DNA from: Auanema rhodensis
Lineage: Eukaryota; Animalia; Nematoda
NCBI GenBank assembly: GCA_964057225.1
Contig: OZ059896.1
Location: 22,878,001-22,942,000, forward strand
DNA length: 64,000 bases
Reading direction: 5' to 3'
This document shows, piece after piece, positions 26,955-40,800 of the stretch. The notes under the pieces are model-generated. The model was not told where the DNA came from. It did no database searches and saw only the letters and a list, made by a program, of their open reading frames with translations. The translations under genes were made by a program, and so were the position numbers. How positions within the stretch are numbered: position 1 is the first letter of the stretch; each line of letters starts with the position of its first letter.

Positions 26955-29900
26955 AGATTCCCCATGTCCATATTAGTCTAAAAACAAATTTTTATTGATA
27001 TTGGTTCATGGTAACCATGACTTTGAAATTTACGTGAACTTTAATTTATGCTAATTAAATGTACACGTGATGTGCACTTGGTATGTAACTCGCTTCACGT
27101 GAAAGATAAAGAGATGCGGTTTTCAAAATTAGATTCCCCATGTCCATATTAGTCTAAAAACAAATTTTTATTGATATTGGTTCATGGTAACCATGACTTT
27201 GAAATTTACGTGAACTTTAATTTATGCTAATTAAATGTACACGTGATGTGCACTTGGTATGTAACTCGCTTCACGTGAAAGATAAAGAGATGCGGTTTTC
27301 AAAATTAGATTCCCCATGTCCATATTAGTCTAAAAACAAATTTTTATTAATATTGGTTCATGGTAACCATGTCTTTGAAATTTACGTGAACTTTAATTTA
27401 TGCTAATTGAATGTACACGTGATGTGCACTTGGTATGTAACTCGCTTCACGTGAAAGATAAAGAGATGCGGTTTTCAAAATTAGATTCCCCATGTCCATA
27501 TTAGTCTAAAAACAAATTTTTATTGATATTGGTTCATGGTAACCATGACTTTGAAATTTACGTGAACTTTAATTTATGCTAATTAAATGTACACGTGATG
27601 TGCTCTTGGTATGTAACTCGCTTCACGTGAAAGATAAAGAGATGCGGTTTTCAAAATTAGATTCCCCATGTCCATATTAGTCTAAAAACAAATTTTTATT
27701 AATATTGGTTCATGGTAACCATGTCTTTGAAATTTACGTGAACTTTAATTTATGCTAATTAAATGTACACGTGATGTGCACTTGGTATGTAACTCGCTTC
27801 ACGTGAAAGATAAAGAGATGCGGTTTTCAAAATTAGATTCCCCATGCCCATATTAGTCTAAAAACAAATTTTTATTGATATTGGTTCATGGTAACCATGA
27901 CTTTGAAATTTACGTGAACTTTAATTTATGCTAATTAAATGTACACGTGATGTGCACTTGGTATGTAACTCGCTTCACGTGAAAGATAAAAAGATGCGGT
28001 TTTCAAAATTAGATTCCCCATGTCCATATTAGTCTAAAAACAAATTTTTATTGATATTGGTTCATGGTAACCATGACTTTGAAATTTACGTGAACTTTAA
28101 TTTATGCTAATTAAATGTACACGTGATGTGCACTTGGTATGTAACTCGCTTCACGTGAAAGATAAAGAGATGCGGTTTTCAAAATTAGATTCCCCATGTC
28201 CATACTAGTATAAAAACAAATTTTTATTAATATTGGTTCATGGTAACCATGTCTTTGAAATTTACGTGAACTTTAATTTATGTTAATTAAATGTACACGT
28301 GATGTGCACTTGGTATGTAACTCGCTTCACGTGAAAGATAAAGAGATGCGGTTTTCAAAATTAGATTCCCCATGTCCATATTAGTCTAAAAACAAATTTT
28401 TAATGATATTGGTTCATGGTAACCATGACTTTGAAATTTACGTGAACTTTAATTTATGCTAATTAAATGTACACGTGATGTGCACTTGGTATGTAACTCG
28501 CTTCACGTGAAAGATAAAGAGATGCGGTTTTCAAAATTAGATTCCCCATGTCCATATTAGTCTAAAAACAAATTTTTATTGATATTGGTTCATGGTAACC
28601 ATGACTTTGAAATTTACGTGAACTTTAATTTATGCTAATTAAATGTACACGTGATGTGCACTTGGTATGTAACTCGCTTCACGTGAAAGATAAAGAGATG
28701 CGGTTTTCAAAATTAGATTCCCCATGTCCATATTAGTCTAAAAACAAATTTTTATTAATATTGGTTCATGGTAACCATGTCTTTGAAATTTACGTGAACT
28801 TTAATTTATGCTAATTAAATGTACACGTGATGTGCACTTGGTATGTAACTCGCTTCACGTGAAAGATAAAGAGATGCGGTTTTCAAAATTAGATTCCCCA
28901 TGTCCATATTAGTCTAAAAACAAATTTTTATTAATATTGGTTCATGGTAACCATGTCTTTGAAATTTACGTGAACTTTAATTTATGCTAATTAAATGTAC
29001 ACGTGATGTGCACTTGGTATGTAACTCGCTTCACGTGAAAGATAAAGAGATGCGGTTTTCAAAATTAGATTCCCCATGTCCATATTAGTCTAAAAACAAA
29101 TTTTTATTAATATTGGTTCATGGTAACCATGTCTTTGAAATTTACGTGAAATTTAATTTATGCTAATTAAATGTACACGTGATGTGCACTTGGTATGTAA
29201 CTCGCTTCACGTGAAAGATAAAGAGATGCGGTTTTCAAAATTAGATTCCCCATGTCCATATTAGTCTAAAAACAAATTTTTATTAATATTGGTTCATGGT
29301 AACCATGTCTTTGAAATTTACGTGAACTTTAATTTATGCTAATTGAATGTACACGTGATGTGCACTTGGTATGTAACTCGCTTCACGTGAAAGATAAAGA
29401 GATGCGGTTTTCAAAATTAGATTCTCCATGTCCATATTAGTCTAAAAACAAATTTTTATTGATATTGGTTCATGGTAACCATGACTTTGAAATTTACGTG
29501 AACTTTAATTTATGCTAATTAAATGTACACGTGATGTGCTCTTGGTATGTAACTCGCTTCACGTGAAAGATAAAGAGATGCGGTTTTCAAAATTAGATTC
29601 CCCATGTCCATATTAGTCTAAAAACAAATTTTTATTAATATTGGTTCATGGTAACCATGTCTTTGAAATTTACGTGAACTTTAATTTATGCTAATTAAAT
29701 GTACACGTGATGTGCACTTGGTATGTAACTCGCTTCACGTGAAAGATAAAGAGATGCTGTTTTCAAAATTAGATTCCCCATGCCCATATTAGTCTAAAAA
29801 CAAATTTTTATTGATATTGGTTCATGGTAACCATGACTTTGAAATTTACGTGAACTTTAATTTATGCTAATTAAATGTACACGTGATGTGCACTTGGTAT

Positions 29901-32900
29901 GTAACTCGCTTCACGTGAAAGATAAAGAGATGCGGTTTTCAAAATTAGATTCCCCATGTCCATATTAGTCTAAAAACAAATTTTTATTGATATTGGTTCA
30001 TGGTAACCATGACTTTGAAATTTACGTGAACTTTAATTTATGCTAATTAAATGTACACGTGATGTGCACTTGGTATGTAACTCGCTTCACGTGAAAGATA
30101 AAGAGATGCGGTTTTCAAAATTAGATTCCCCATGTCCATATTAGTATAAAAATAAATTTTTATTAATATTGGTTCATGGTAACCATGTCTTTGAAATTTA
30201 CGTGAACTTCAATTTATGCTAATTAAATGTACACGTGATGTGCACTTGGTATGTAACTCGCTTCACGTGAAAGATAAAGAGATGCGGTTTTCAAAATTAG
30301 ATTCCCCATGTCCATATTAGTCTAAAAACAAATTTTCATTAATATTGGTTTATGGTAACCATGTCTTTGAAATTTACGTGAACTTTAATTTATGCTAATT
30401 AAATGTACACGTGATGTGCACTTGGTATGTAACTCGCTTCACGTGAAAGATAAAGAGATGCGGTTTTCAAAATTAGATTCCCCATGTCCATATTAGTCTA
30501 AAAACAAATTTTTATTGATATTGGTTCATGGTAACCATGACTTTGAAATTTACGTGAACTTTAATTTATGCTAATTAAATGTACACGTGATGTGCACTTG
30601 GTATGTAACTCGCTTCACGTGAAAGATAAAGAGATGCGGTTTTCAAAATTAGATTCCCCATGTCCATATTAGTCTAAAAACAAATTTTCATTAATATTGG
30701 TTTATGGTAACCATGTCTTTGAAATTTACGTGAACTTTAATTTATGCTAATTAAATGTACACGTGATGTGCACTTGGTATGTAACTCGCTTCACGTGAAA
30801 GATAAAGAGATGCGGTTTTCGAAATTAGATTCCCCATCTCCATATTAGTCTAAAAACAAATTTTTATTAATATTGGTTCATGGTAACCATGTCTTTGAAA
30901 TTTACGTGAACTTTAATTTATGCTAATTAAATGTACACGTGATGTGCACTTGGTATGTAACTCGCTTCACGTGAAAGATAAAGAGATGCGGTTTTCAAAA
31001 TTAGATTCCCCATGTCCATATTAGTCTAAAAACAAATTTTTATTAATATTGGTTCATGGTAACCATGTCTTTGAAATTTACGTGAAATTTAATTTATGCT
31101 AATTAAATGTACACGTGATGTGCACTTGGTATGTAACTCGCTTCACGTGAAAGATAAAGAGATGCGGTTTTCAAAATTAGATTCCCCATGTCCATATTAG
31201 TCTAAAAACAAATTTTTATTAATATTGGTTCATGGTAACCATGTCTTTGAAATTTACGTGAACTTTAATTTATGCTAATTAAATGTACACGTGATGTGCA
31301 CTTGGTATGTAACTCGCTTCACGTGAAAGATAAAGAGATGCGGTTTTCAAAATTAGATTCCCCATGTCCATATTAGTCTAAAAACAAATTTTTATTAATA
31401 TTGGTTCATGGTAACCATGTCTTTGAAATTTACGTGAACTTTAATTTATGCTAATTGAATGTACACGTGATGTGCACTTGGTATGTAACTCGCTTCACGT
31501 GAAAGATAAAGAGATGCGGTTTTCAAAATTAGATTCCCCATGTCCATATTAGTCTAAAAACAAATTTTTATTGATATTGGTTCATGGTAACCATGACTTT
31601 GAAATTTACGTGAACTTTAATTTATGCTAATTAAATGTACACGTGATGTGCAATTGGTATGTAACTCGCTTCACGTGAAAGATAAAGAGATGCGGTTTTC
31701 AAAATTAGATTCCCCATGTCCATACTAGTATAAAAACAAATTTTTATTAATATTGGTTCATGGTAACCATGTCTTTGAAATTTACGTGAACTTTAATTTA
31801 TGTTAATTAAATGTACACGTGATGTGCACTTGGTATGTAACTCGCTTCACGTGAAAGATAAAGAGATGCGGTTTTCAAAATTAGATTCCCCATGTCCATA
31901 TTAGTCTAAAAACAAATTTTTAATGATATTGGTTCATGGTAACCATGACTTTGAAATTTACGTGAACTTTAATTTATGCTAATTAAATGTACACGTGATG
32001 TGCACTTGGTATGTAACTCGCTTCACGTGAAAGATAAAGAGATGCGGTTTTCAAAATTAGATTCCCCATGTCCATATTAGTCTAAAAACAAATTTTTATT
32101 GATATTCGTTCATGGTAACCATGACTTTGAAATTTACGTGAACTTTAATTTATGCTAATTAAATGTACACGTGATGTGCACTTGGTATGTAACTCGCTTC
32201 ACGTGAAAGATAAAGAGATGCGGTTTTCAAAATTAGATTCCCCATGTCCATATTAGTCTAAAAACAAATTTTTTATAATATTGGTTCATGGTAACCATGT
32301 CTTTGAAATTTACGTGAACTTTAATTTATGCTAATTAAATGTACACGTGATGTGCACTTGGTATGTAACTCGCTTCACGTGAAAGATAAAGAGATGCGGT
32401 TTTCAAAATTAGATTCCCCATGTCCATATTAGTCTAAAAACAAATTTTTATTAATATTGGTTCATGGTAACCATGTCTTTGAAATTTACGTGAACTTTAA
32501 TTTATGCTAATTAAATGTACACGTGATGTGCACTTGGTATGTAACTCGCTTCACGTGAAAGATAAAGAGATGCGGTTTTCAAAATTAGATTCCCCATGTC
32601 CATATTAGTCTAAAAACAAATTTTTATTGATATTGGTTCATGGTAACCATGACTTTGAAATTTACGTGAACTTTAATTTATGCTAATTAAATGTACACGT
32701 GATGTGCACTTGGTATGTAACTCGCTTCACGTGAAAGATAAAGAGATGCGGTTTTCAAAATTAGATTCCCCATGTCCATATTAGTCTAAAAACAAATTTT
32801 TATTGATATTGGTTCATGGTAACCATGACTTTGAAATTTACGTGAACTTTAATTTATGCTAATTAAATGTACACGTGATGTGCACTTGGTATGTAACTCG

Positions 32901-35900
32901 CTTCACGTGAAAGATAAAGAGATGCGGTTTTCAAAATTAGATTCCCCATGTCCATATTAGTCTAAAAATAAATTTTCATTAATATTGGTTTATGGTAACC
33001 ATGTCTTTGAAATTTACGTGAACTTTAATTTATGCTAATTAAATGTACACGTGATGTGCACTTGGTATGTAACTCGCTTCACGTGAAAGATAAAGAGATG
33101 CGGTTTTCAAAATTAGATTCCCCATGTCCATATTAGTCTAAAAACAAATTTTTATTGATATTGGTTCATGGTAACCATGACTTTGAAATTTACGTGAACT
33201 TTAATTTATGCTAATTAAATGTACACGTGATGTGCACTTGGTATGTAACTCGCTTCACGTGAAAGATAAAGAGATGCGGTTTTCAAAATTAGATTCCCCA
33301 TGTCCATATTAGTCTGAAAACAAATTTTTATTAATATTGGTTCATGGTAACCATGTCTTTGAAATTTACGTGAACTTTAATTTATGCTAATTAAATGTAC
33401 ACGTGATGTGCACTTGGTATGTAACTCGCTTCACGTGAAAGATAAAGAGATGCGGTTTTCAAAATTAGATTCCCCATGTCCATATTAGTCTAAAAACAAA
33501 TTTTTATTAATATTGGTTCATGGTAACCATGTCTTTGAAATTTACGTGAAATTTAATTTATGCTAATTAAATGTACACGTGATGTGCACTTGGTATGTAA
33601 CTCGCTTCACGTGAAAGATAAAGAGATGCGGTTTTCAAAATTAGATTCCCCATGTCCATATTAGTCTAAAAACAAATTTTTATTAATATTGGTTCATGGT
33701 AACCATGTCTTTGAAATTTACGTGAACTTTAATTTATGCTAATTAAATGTACACGTGATGTGCACTTGGTATGTAACTCGCTTCACGTGAAAGATAAAGA
33801 GATGCGGTTTTCAAAATTAGATTCCCCATGTCCATATTAGTCTAAAAACAAATTTTTATTGATATTGGTTCATGGTAACCATGACTTTGAAATTTACGTG
33901 AACTTTAATTTATGCTAATTAAATGTACACGTGATGTGCTCTTGGTATGTAACTCGCTTCACGTGAAAGATAAAGAGATGCGGTTTTCAAAATTAGATTC
34001 CCCATGTCCATATTAGTCTAAAAACAAATTTTTATTGATATTGGTTCATGGTAACCATGACTTTGAAATTTACGTGAACTTTAATTTATGCTAATTAAAT
34101 GTACACGTGATGTGCTCTTGGTATGTAACTCGCTTCACTTGAAAGATAAAGAGATGCGGTTTTCAAAATTAGATTCCCCATGTCCATATTAGTCTAAAAA
34201 CAAATTTTTATTGATATTGGTTCATGGTAACCATGACTTTGAAATTTACGTGAACTTTAATTTATGCTAATTAAATGTACACGTGATGTGCTCTTGGTAT
34301 GTAACTCGCTTCACGTGAAAGATAAAGAGATGCGGTTTTCAAAATTAGATTCCCCATGTCCATATTAGTCTAAAAACAAATTTTTATTAATATTGGTTCA
34401 TGGTAACCATGTCTTTGAAATTTACGTGAACTTTAATTTATGCTAATTAAATGTACACGTGATGTGCACTTGGTATGTAACTCGCTTCACGTGAAAGATA
34501 AAGAGATGCGGTTTTCAAAATTAGATTCCCCATGCCCATATTAGTCTAAAAACAAATTTTTATTAATATTGGTTCATGGTAACCATGTCTTTGAAATTTA
34601 CGTGAACTTTAATTTATGCTAATTAAATGTACACGTGATGTGCACTTGGTATGTAACTCGCTTCACGTGAAAGATAAAGAGATGCGGTTTTCAAAATTAG
34701 ATTCCCCATGTCCATATTAGTCTAAAAACAAATTTTTATTAATATTGGTTCATGGTAACCATGTCTTTGAAATTTACGTGAACTTTAATTTATGCTAATT
34801 AAATGTACACGTGATGTGCACTTGGTATGTAACTCGCTTCACGTGAAAGATAAAGAGATGCGGTTTTCAAAATTAGATTCCCCATGTCCATATTAGTCTA
34901 AAAACAAATTTTTATTAATATTGGTTCATGGTAACCATGTCTTTGAAATTTACGTGAACTTTAATTTATGCTAATTGAATGTACACGTGATGTGCACTTG
35001 GTATGTAACTCGCTTCACGTGAAAGATAAAGAGATGCGGTTTTCAAAATTAGATTCCCCATGTCCATATTAGTCTAAAAACAAATTTTTATTGATATTGG
35101 TTCATGGTAACCATGACTTTGAAATTTACGTGAACTTTAATTTATGCTAATTAAATGTACACGTGATGTGCTCTTGGTATGTAACTCGCTTCACGTGAAA
35201 GATAAAGAGATGCGGTTTTCAAAATTAGATTCCCCATGTCCATATTAGTCTAAAAACAAATTTTTATTGATATTGGTTCATGGTAACCATGACTTTGAAA
35301 TTTACGTGAACTTTAATTTATGCTAATTAAATGTACACGTGATGTGCTCTTGGTATGTAACTCGCTTCACTTGAAAGATAAAGAGATGCGGTTTTCAAAA
35401 TTAGATTCCCCATGTCCATATTAGTCTAAAAACAAATTTTTATTAATATTGGTTCATGGTAACCATGACTTTGAAATTTACGTGAACTTTAATTTATGCT
35501 AATTAAATGTACACGTGATGTGCTCTTGGTATGTAACTCGCTTCACGTGAAAGATAAAGAGATGCGGTTTTCAAAATTAGATTCCCCATGCCCATATTAG
35601 TCTAAAAACAAATTTTTATTGATATTGCTTCATGGTAACCATGACTTTGAAATTTACGTGAACTTTAATTTATGCTAATTAAATGTACACGTGATGTGCA
35701 CTTGGTATGTAACTCGCTTCACGTGAAAGATAAAGAGATGCGGTTTTCAAAATTAGATTCCCCATGTCCATAGTAGTCTAAAAACAAATTTTTATTAATA
35801 TTGGTTCATGGTAACCATGTCTTTGAAATTTACGTGAACTTTAATTTATGCTAATTGAATGTACACGTGATGTGCACTTGGTATGTAACTCGCTTCACGT

Positions 35901-37866
35901 GAAAGATAAAGAGATGCGGTTTTCAAAATTAGATTCCCCATGTCCATATTAGTCTAAAAACAAATTTTTATTGATATTGGTTCATGGTAACCATGACTTT
36001 GAAATTTACGTGAACTTTAATTTATGCTAATTAAATGTACACGTGATGTGCTCTTGGTATGTAACTCGCTTCACTTGAAAGATAAAGAGATGCGGTTTTC
36101 AAAATTAGATTCCCCATGTCCATATTAGTCTAAAAACAAATTTTTATTAATATTGGTTCATGGTAACCATGACTTTGAAATTTACGTGAACTTTAATTTA
36201 TGCTAATTAAATGTACACGTGATGTGCTCTTGGTATGTAACTCGCTTCACGTGAAAGATAAAGAGATGCGGTTTTCAAAATTAGATTCCCCATGTCCATA
36301 TTAGTCTAAAAACAAATTTTTATTAATATTGGTTCATGGTAACCATGTCTTTGAAATTTACGTGAACTTTAATTTATGCTAATTAAATGTACACGTGATG
36401 TGCACTTGGTATGTAACTCGCTTCACGTGAAAGATAAAGAGATGCGGTTTTCAAAATTAGATTCCCCATGCCCATATTAGTCTAAAAACAAATTTTTATT
36501 GATATTGCTTCATGGTAACCATGACTTTGAAATTTACGTGAACTTTAATTTATGCTAATTAAATGTACACGTGATGTGCACTTGGTATGTAACTCGCTTC
36601 ACGTGAAAGATAAAGAGATGCGGTTTTCAAAATTAGATTCCCCATGTCCATAGTAGTCTAAAAACAAATTTTTATTAATATTGGTTCATGGTAACCATGT
36701 CTTTGAAATTTACGTGAACTTTAATTTATGCTAATTAAATGTACACGTGATGTGCACTTGGTATGTAACTCGCTTCACGTGAAAGATAAAGAGATGCGGT
36801 TTTCAAAATTAGATTCCCCATGTCCATATTAGTCTAAAAACAAATTTTTATTAATATTGGTTCATGGTAACCATGTCTTTGAAATTTACGTGAACTTTAA
36901 TTTATGCTAATTAAATGTACACGTGATGTGCTCTTGGTATGTAACTCGCTTCACGTGAAAGATAAAGAGATGCGGTTTTCAAAATTAGATTCCCCATGTC
37001 CATATTAGTATAAAAACAAATTTTTATTAATATTGGTTCATGGTAACCATGTCTTTGAAATTTACGTGAACTTTAATTTATGCTAATTAAATGTACACGT
37101 GATGTGCACTTGGTATGTAACTCGCTTCACGTGAAAGATAAAGAGATGCGGTTTTCAAAATTAGATTCCCCATGTCCATATTAGTCTAAAAACAAATTTT
37201 TATTGATATTGGTTCATGGTAACCATGACTTTGAAATTTACGTGAACTTTAATTTATGCTAATTAAATGTACACGTGATGTGCACTTGGTATGTAACTCG
37301 CTTCACGTGAAAGATAAAGAGATGCGGTTTTCAAAATTAGATTCCCCATGTCCATATTAGTCTAAAAACAAATTTTTATTGATATTGGTTCATGGTAACC
37401 ATGACTTTGAAATTTACGTGAACTTTAATTTATGCTAATTAAATGTACACGTGATGTGCACTTGGTATGTAACTCGCTTCACGTGAAAGATAAAAAGATG
37501 CGGTTTTCAAAATTAGATTCCCCATGTCCATATTAGTATAAAAACAAATTTTTATTAATATTGGTTCATGGTAACCATGTCTTTGAAATTTACGTGAACT
37601 TTAATTTATGCTAATTAAATGTACACTTGATGTGCACTTGGTATGTAACTCGCTTCACGTGAAAGATAAAGAGATGCGGTTTTTAAAATTAGATTCCCCA
37701 TGTCCATATTAGTCTAAAAACAAATTTTTATTGATATTGGTTCATGGTAACCATGACTTTGAAATTTACGTGAACTTTAATTTATGCTAATTAAATGTAC
37801 ACGTGATGTGCACTTGGTATGTAACTCGCTTCACGTGAAAGATAAAGAGATGCGGTTTTCAAAATT
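26955..37866. repeat. Variant domain B: indel-free 176-bp monomers with B-type SNVs
   Basis: Exact 176-bp phase is kept (AGATTCCCCA every 880 bp from 27131 to 39451). Variants GTGCTCTTGG, CATGCCCAT, CATACTAGTATA, TTTTCATTAATATTGGTTTATGG, GTGAAATTTAA and GATATTGCTT occur here and were not seen in domain A. Confidence 0.8.
35579..36810. repeat. 5-monomer (880 bp) local duplication signature
   Basis: CATGCCC 35591/36471, GATATTGCTT 35621/36501 and CATAGTAGTC about 35771/36651 are all offset by 880 bp. Confidence 0.75.
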
Positions 37867-40800
37867 AGATTCCCCATGTCCATATTAGTCTAAAAACAAA
37901 TTTTTATTGATATTGGTTCATGGTAACCATGTCTTTGAAATTTACGTGAACTTTAATTTATGCTAATTAAATCTACACGTGATGTGCACTTGGTATGTAA
38001 CTCGCTTCACGTGAAAAATAAAGAGATGCGGTTTTCAAAATTAGATTCCCCATGTCCATATTAGTCTAAAAACAAATTTTTATTAATATTGGTTCATGGT
38101 AACCATGACTTTGAAATTTACGTGAACTTTAATTTATGCTAATTAAATCTACACGTGATGTGCACTTGGTATGTAACTCGCTTCACGTGAAAGATAAAGA
38201 GATGCGGTTTTTAAAATTAGATTCCCCATGTCCATATTAGTCTAAAAACAAATTTTTATTAATATTGGTTCATGGTAACCATGACTTTGAAATTTACGTG
38301 AACTTTAATTTATGCTAATTAAATGTACACGTGATGTGAACTTGGTATGTAACTCGCTTCACGTGAAAGATAAAGAGATGCGGTTTTCAAAATTAGATTC
38401 CCCATGTCCATATTAGTCTAAAAACAAATTTTTATTAATATTGGTTCATGGTAACCATGACTTTGAAATTTACGTGAACTTTAATTTATGCTAATTAAAT
38501 GTACACGTGATGTGCACTTGGTATGTAACTCGCTTCACGTGAAAGATAAAGAGATGCGGTTTTTAAAATTAGATTCCCCATGTCCATATTAGTCTAAAAA
38601 CAAATTTCTATTGATATTGGTTTATGGTAACCATATCTTTGAAATTTACGTGAACTTTAATTTATGCTAATTAAATGTACACGTGATGTGCACTTGGTAT
38701 GTAACTCGCTTCACGTGAAAGATAAAGAGATGCGGTTTTCAAAATTAGATTCCCCATGTCCATATTAGTCTAAAAACAAATTTTTATTGATATTGGTTCA
38801 TGGTAACCATGTCTTTGAAATTTACGTGAACATTAATTTATGCTAATTAAATGTACACGTGATGTGCACTTGGTATGTAACTCGCTTCACGTGAAAGATA
38901 AAAAGATGCAGTTTTCAAAATTAGATTCCCCATGTCCATATTAGTCTAAAAACAAATTTTTATTGATATTAGTTCATGGTAACCATGACTTTGAAATTTA
39001 CGTGAACTTTAATTTATGCTAATTAAATCTACACGTGATGTGCACTTGGTATGTAACTCGCTTCACGTGAAAGATAAAGAGATGCGGTTTTCAAAATTAG
39101 ATTCCCCATGTCCATATTAGTCAAAAAACAAATTTTTATTGATATTGGTTCATGGTAACCATGACTTTGAAATTTACGTGAACTTTAATTTATGCTAATC
39201 AAATGTACACGTGATGTGCACTTGGTATGTAACTCGCTTCACGTGAAAGATAAAGAGATGCGGTTTTCAAAATTAGATTCCCCATGTCCATATTAGTCTA
39301 AAAACAAATTTTTATTGATATTGGTTCATGGTAACCATGTCTTTGAAATTTACGTGAACTTTAATTTATGCTAATCAAATGTACACGTGATGTGCACTTG
39401 GTATGTAACTCGCTTCACGTGAAAGATAAAGAGATGCGGTTTTCAAAATTAGATTCCCCATGTCCATATTAGTCTAAAAACAAATTTTTATTGATATTGG
39501 TTCATGGTAACCATGACTTTGAAATTTACGTGAACATTAATTTATGCTAATTAAATGTACACGTGATGTGCACTTGGTATGTAACTCGCTTCACGTGAAA
39601 GATAAAGAGATGCGGTTTTCAAAATTAGATTCCCCATGTCCATATTAGTCTAAAAACAAATTTTTATTGATATTGGTTCATGGTAACCATGACTTTGAAA
39701 TTTACGTGAACTTTAATTTATGCTAATCAAATGTACACGTGATGTGCACTTGGTATGTAACTCGCTTCACGTGAAAGATAAAGAGATGCGGTTTTCAAAA
39801 TTAGATTCCCCATGTCCATATTAGTCTAAAAACAAATTTTTATTGATATTGGTTCATGGTAACCATGACTTTGAAATTTACGTGAACTTTAATTTATGCT
39901 AATTAAATGTACACGTGATGTGCACTTGGTATGTAACTCGCTTCACGTGAAAGATAAAGAGATGCGGTTTTCAAAATTAGATTCCCCATGTCCATATTAG
40001 TCTAAAAACAAATTTTTATTAATATTGGTTCATGGTAACCATGTCTTTGAAATTTACGTGAACTTTAATTTATGCTAATTAAATGTACACGTGATGTGCA
40101 CTTGGTATGTAACTCGCTTGAAAGATAAAGAGATGCGGTTTTCAAAATTAGATTCCCCATGTCCATATTAGTCTAAAAACAAATTTTTATTGATATTGGT
40201 TCATGGTAACCATGACTTTGAAATTTACGTGAACTTTAATTTATGCTAATTAAATGTACACGTGATGTGCACTTGGTATGTAACTCGCTTCACGTGAAAG
40301 ATAAAGAGATGCGGTTTTCAAAATTAGATTCCCCATGTCCATATTAGTCTAAAAACAAATTTTTATTGATATTGGTTCATGGTAACCATGACTTTGAAAT
40401 TTACGTGAACTTTAATTTATGCTAATTAAATGTACACGTGATGTGCACTTGGTATGTAACTCGCTTCACGTGAAAGATAAAGAGATGCGGTTTTCAAAAT
40501 TAGATTCCTCATGTCCATATTAGTCTAAAAACAAATTTTTATTGATATTGGTTCATGGTAACCATGACTTTGAAATTTACGTGAACTTTAATTTATGCTA
40601 ATTGAATGTACACGTGATGTGCACTTGGTATGTAACTCGCTTCACGTGAAAGATAAAGAGATGCGGTTTTCAAAATTAGATTCCTCATGTCCATATTAGT
40701 CTAAAAACAAATTTTTATTAATATTGGTTCAAGGTAACCATGTCTTTGAAATTTACGTGAACATTAATTTATGCTAATTAAATGTACACATGATGTGCAC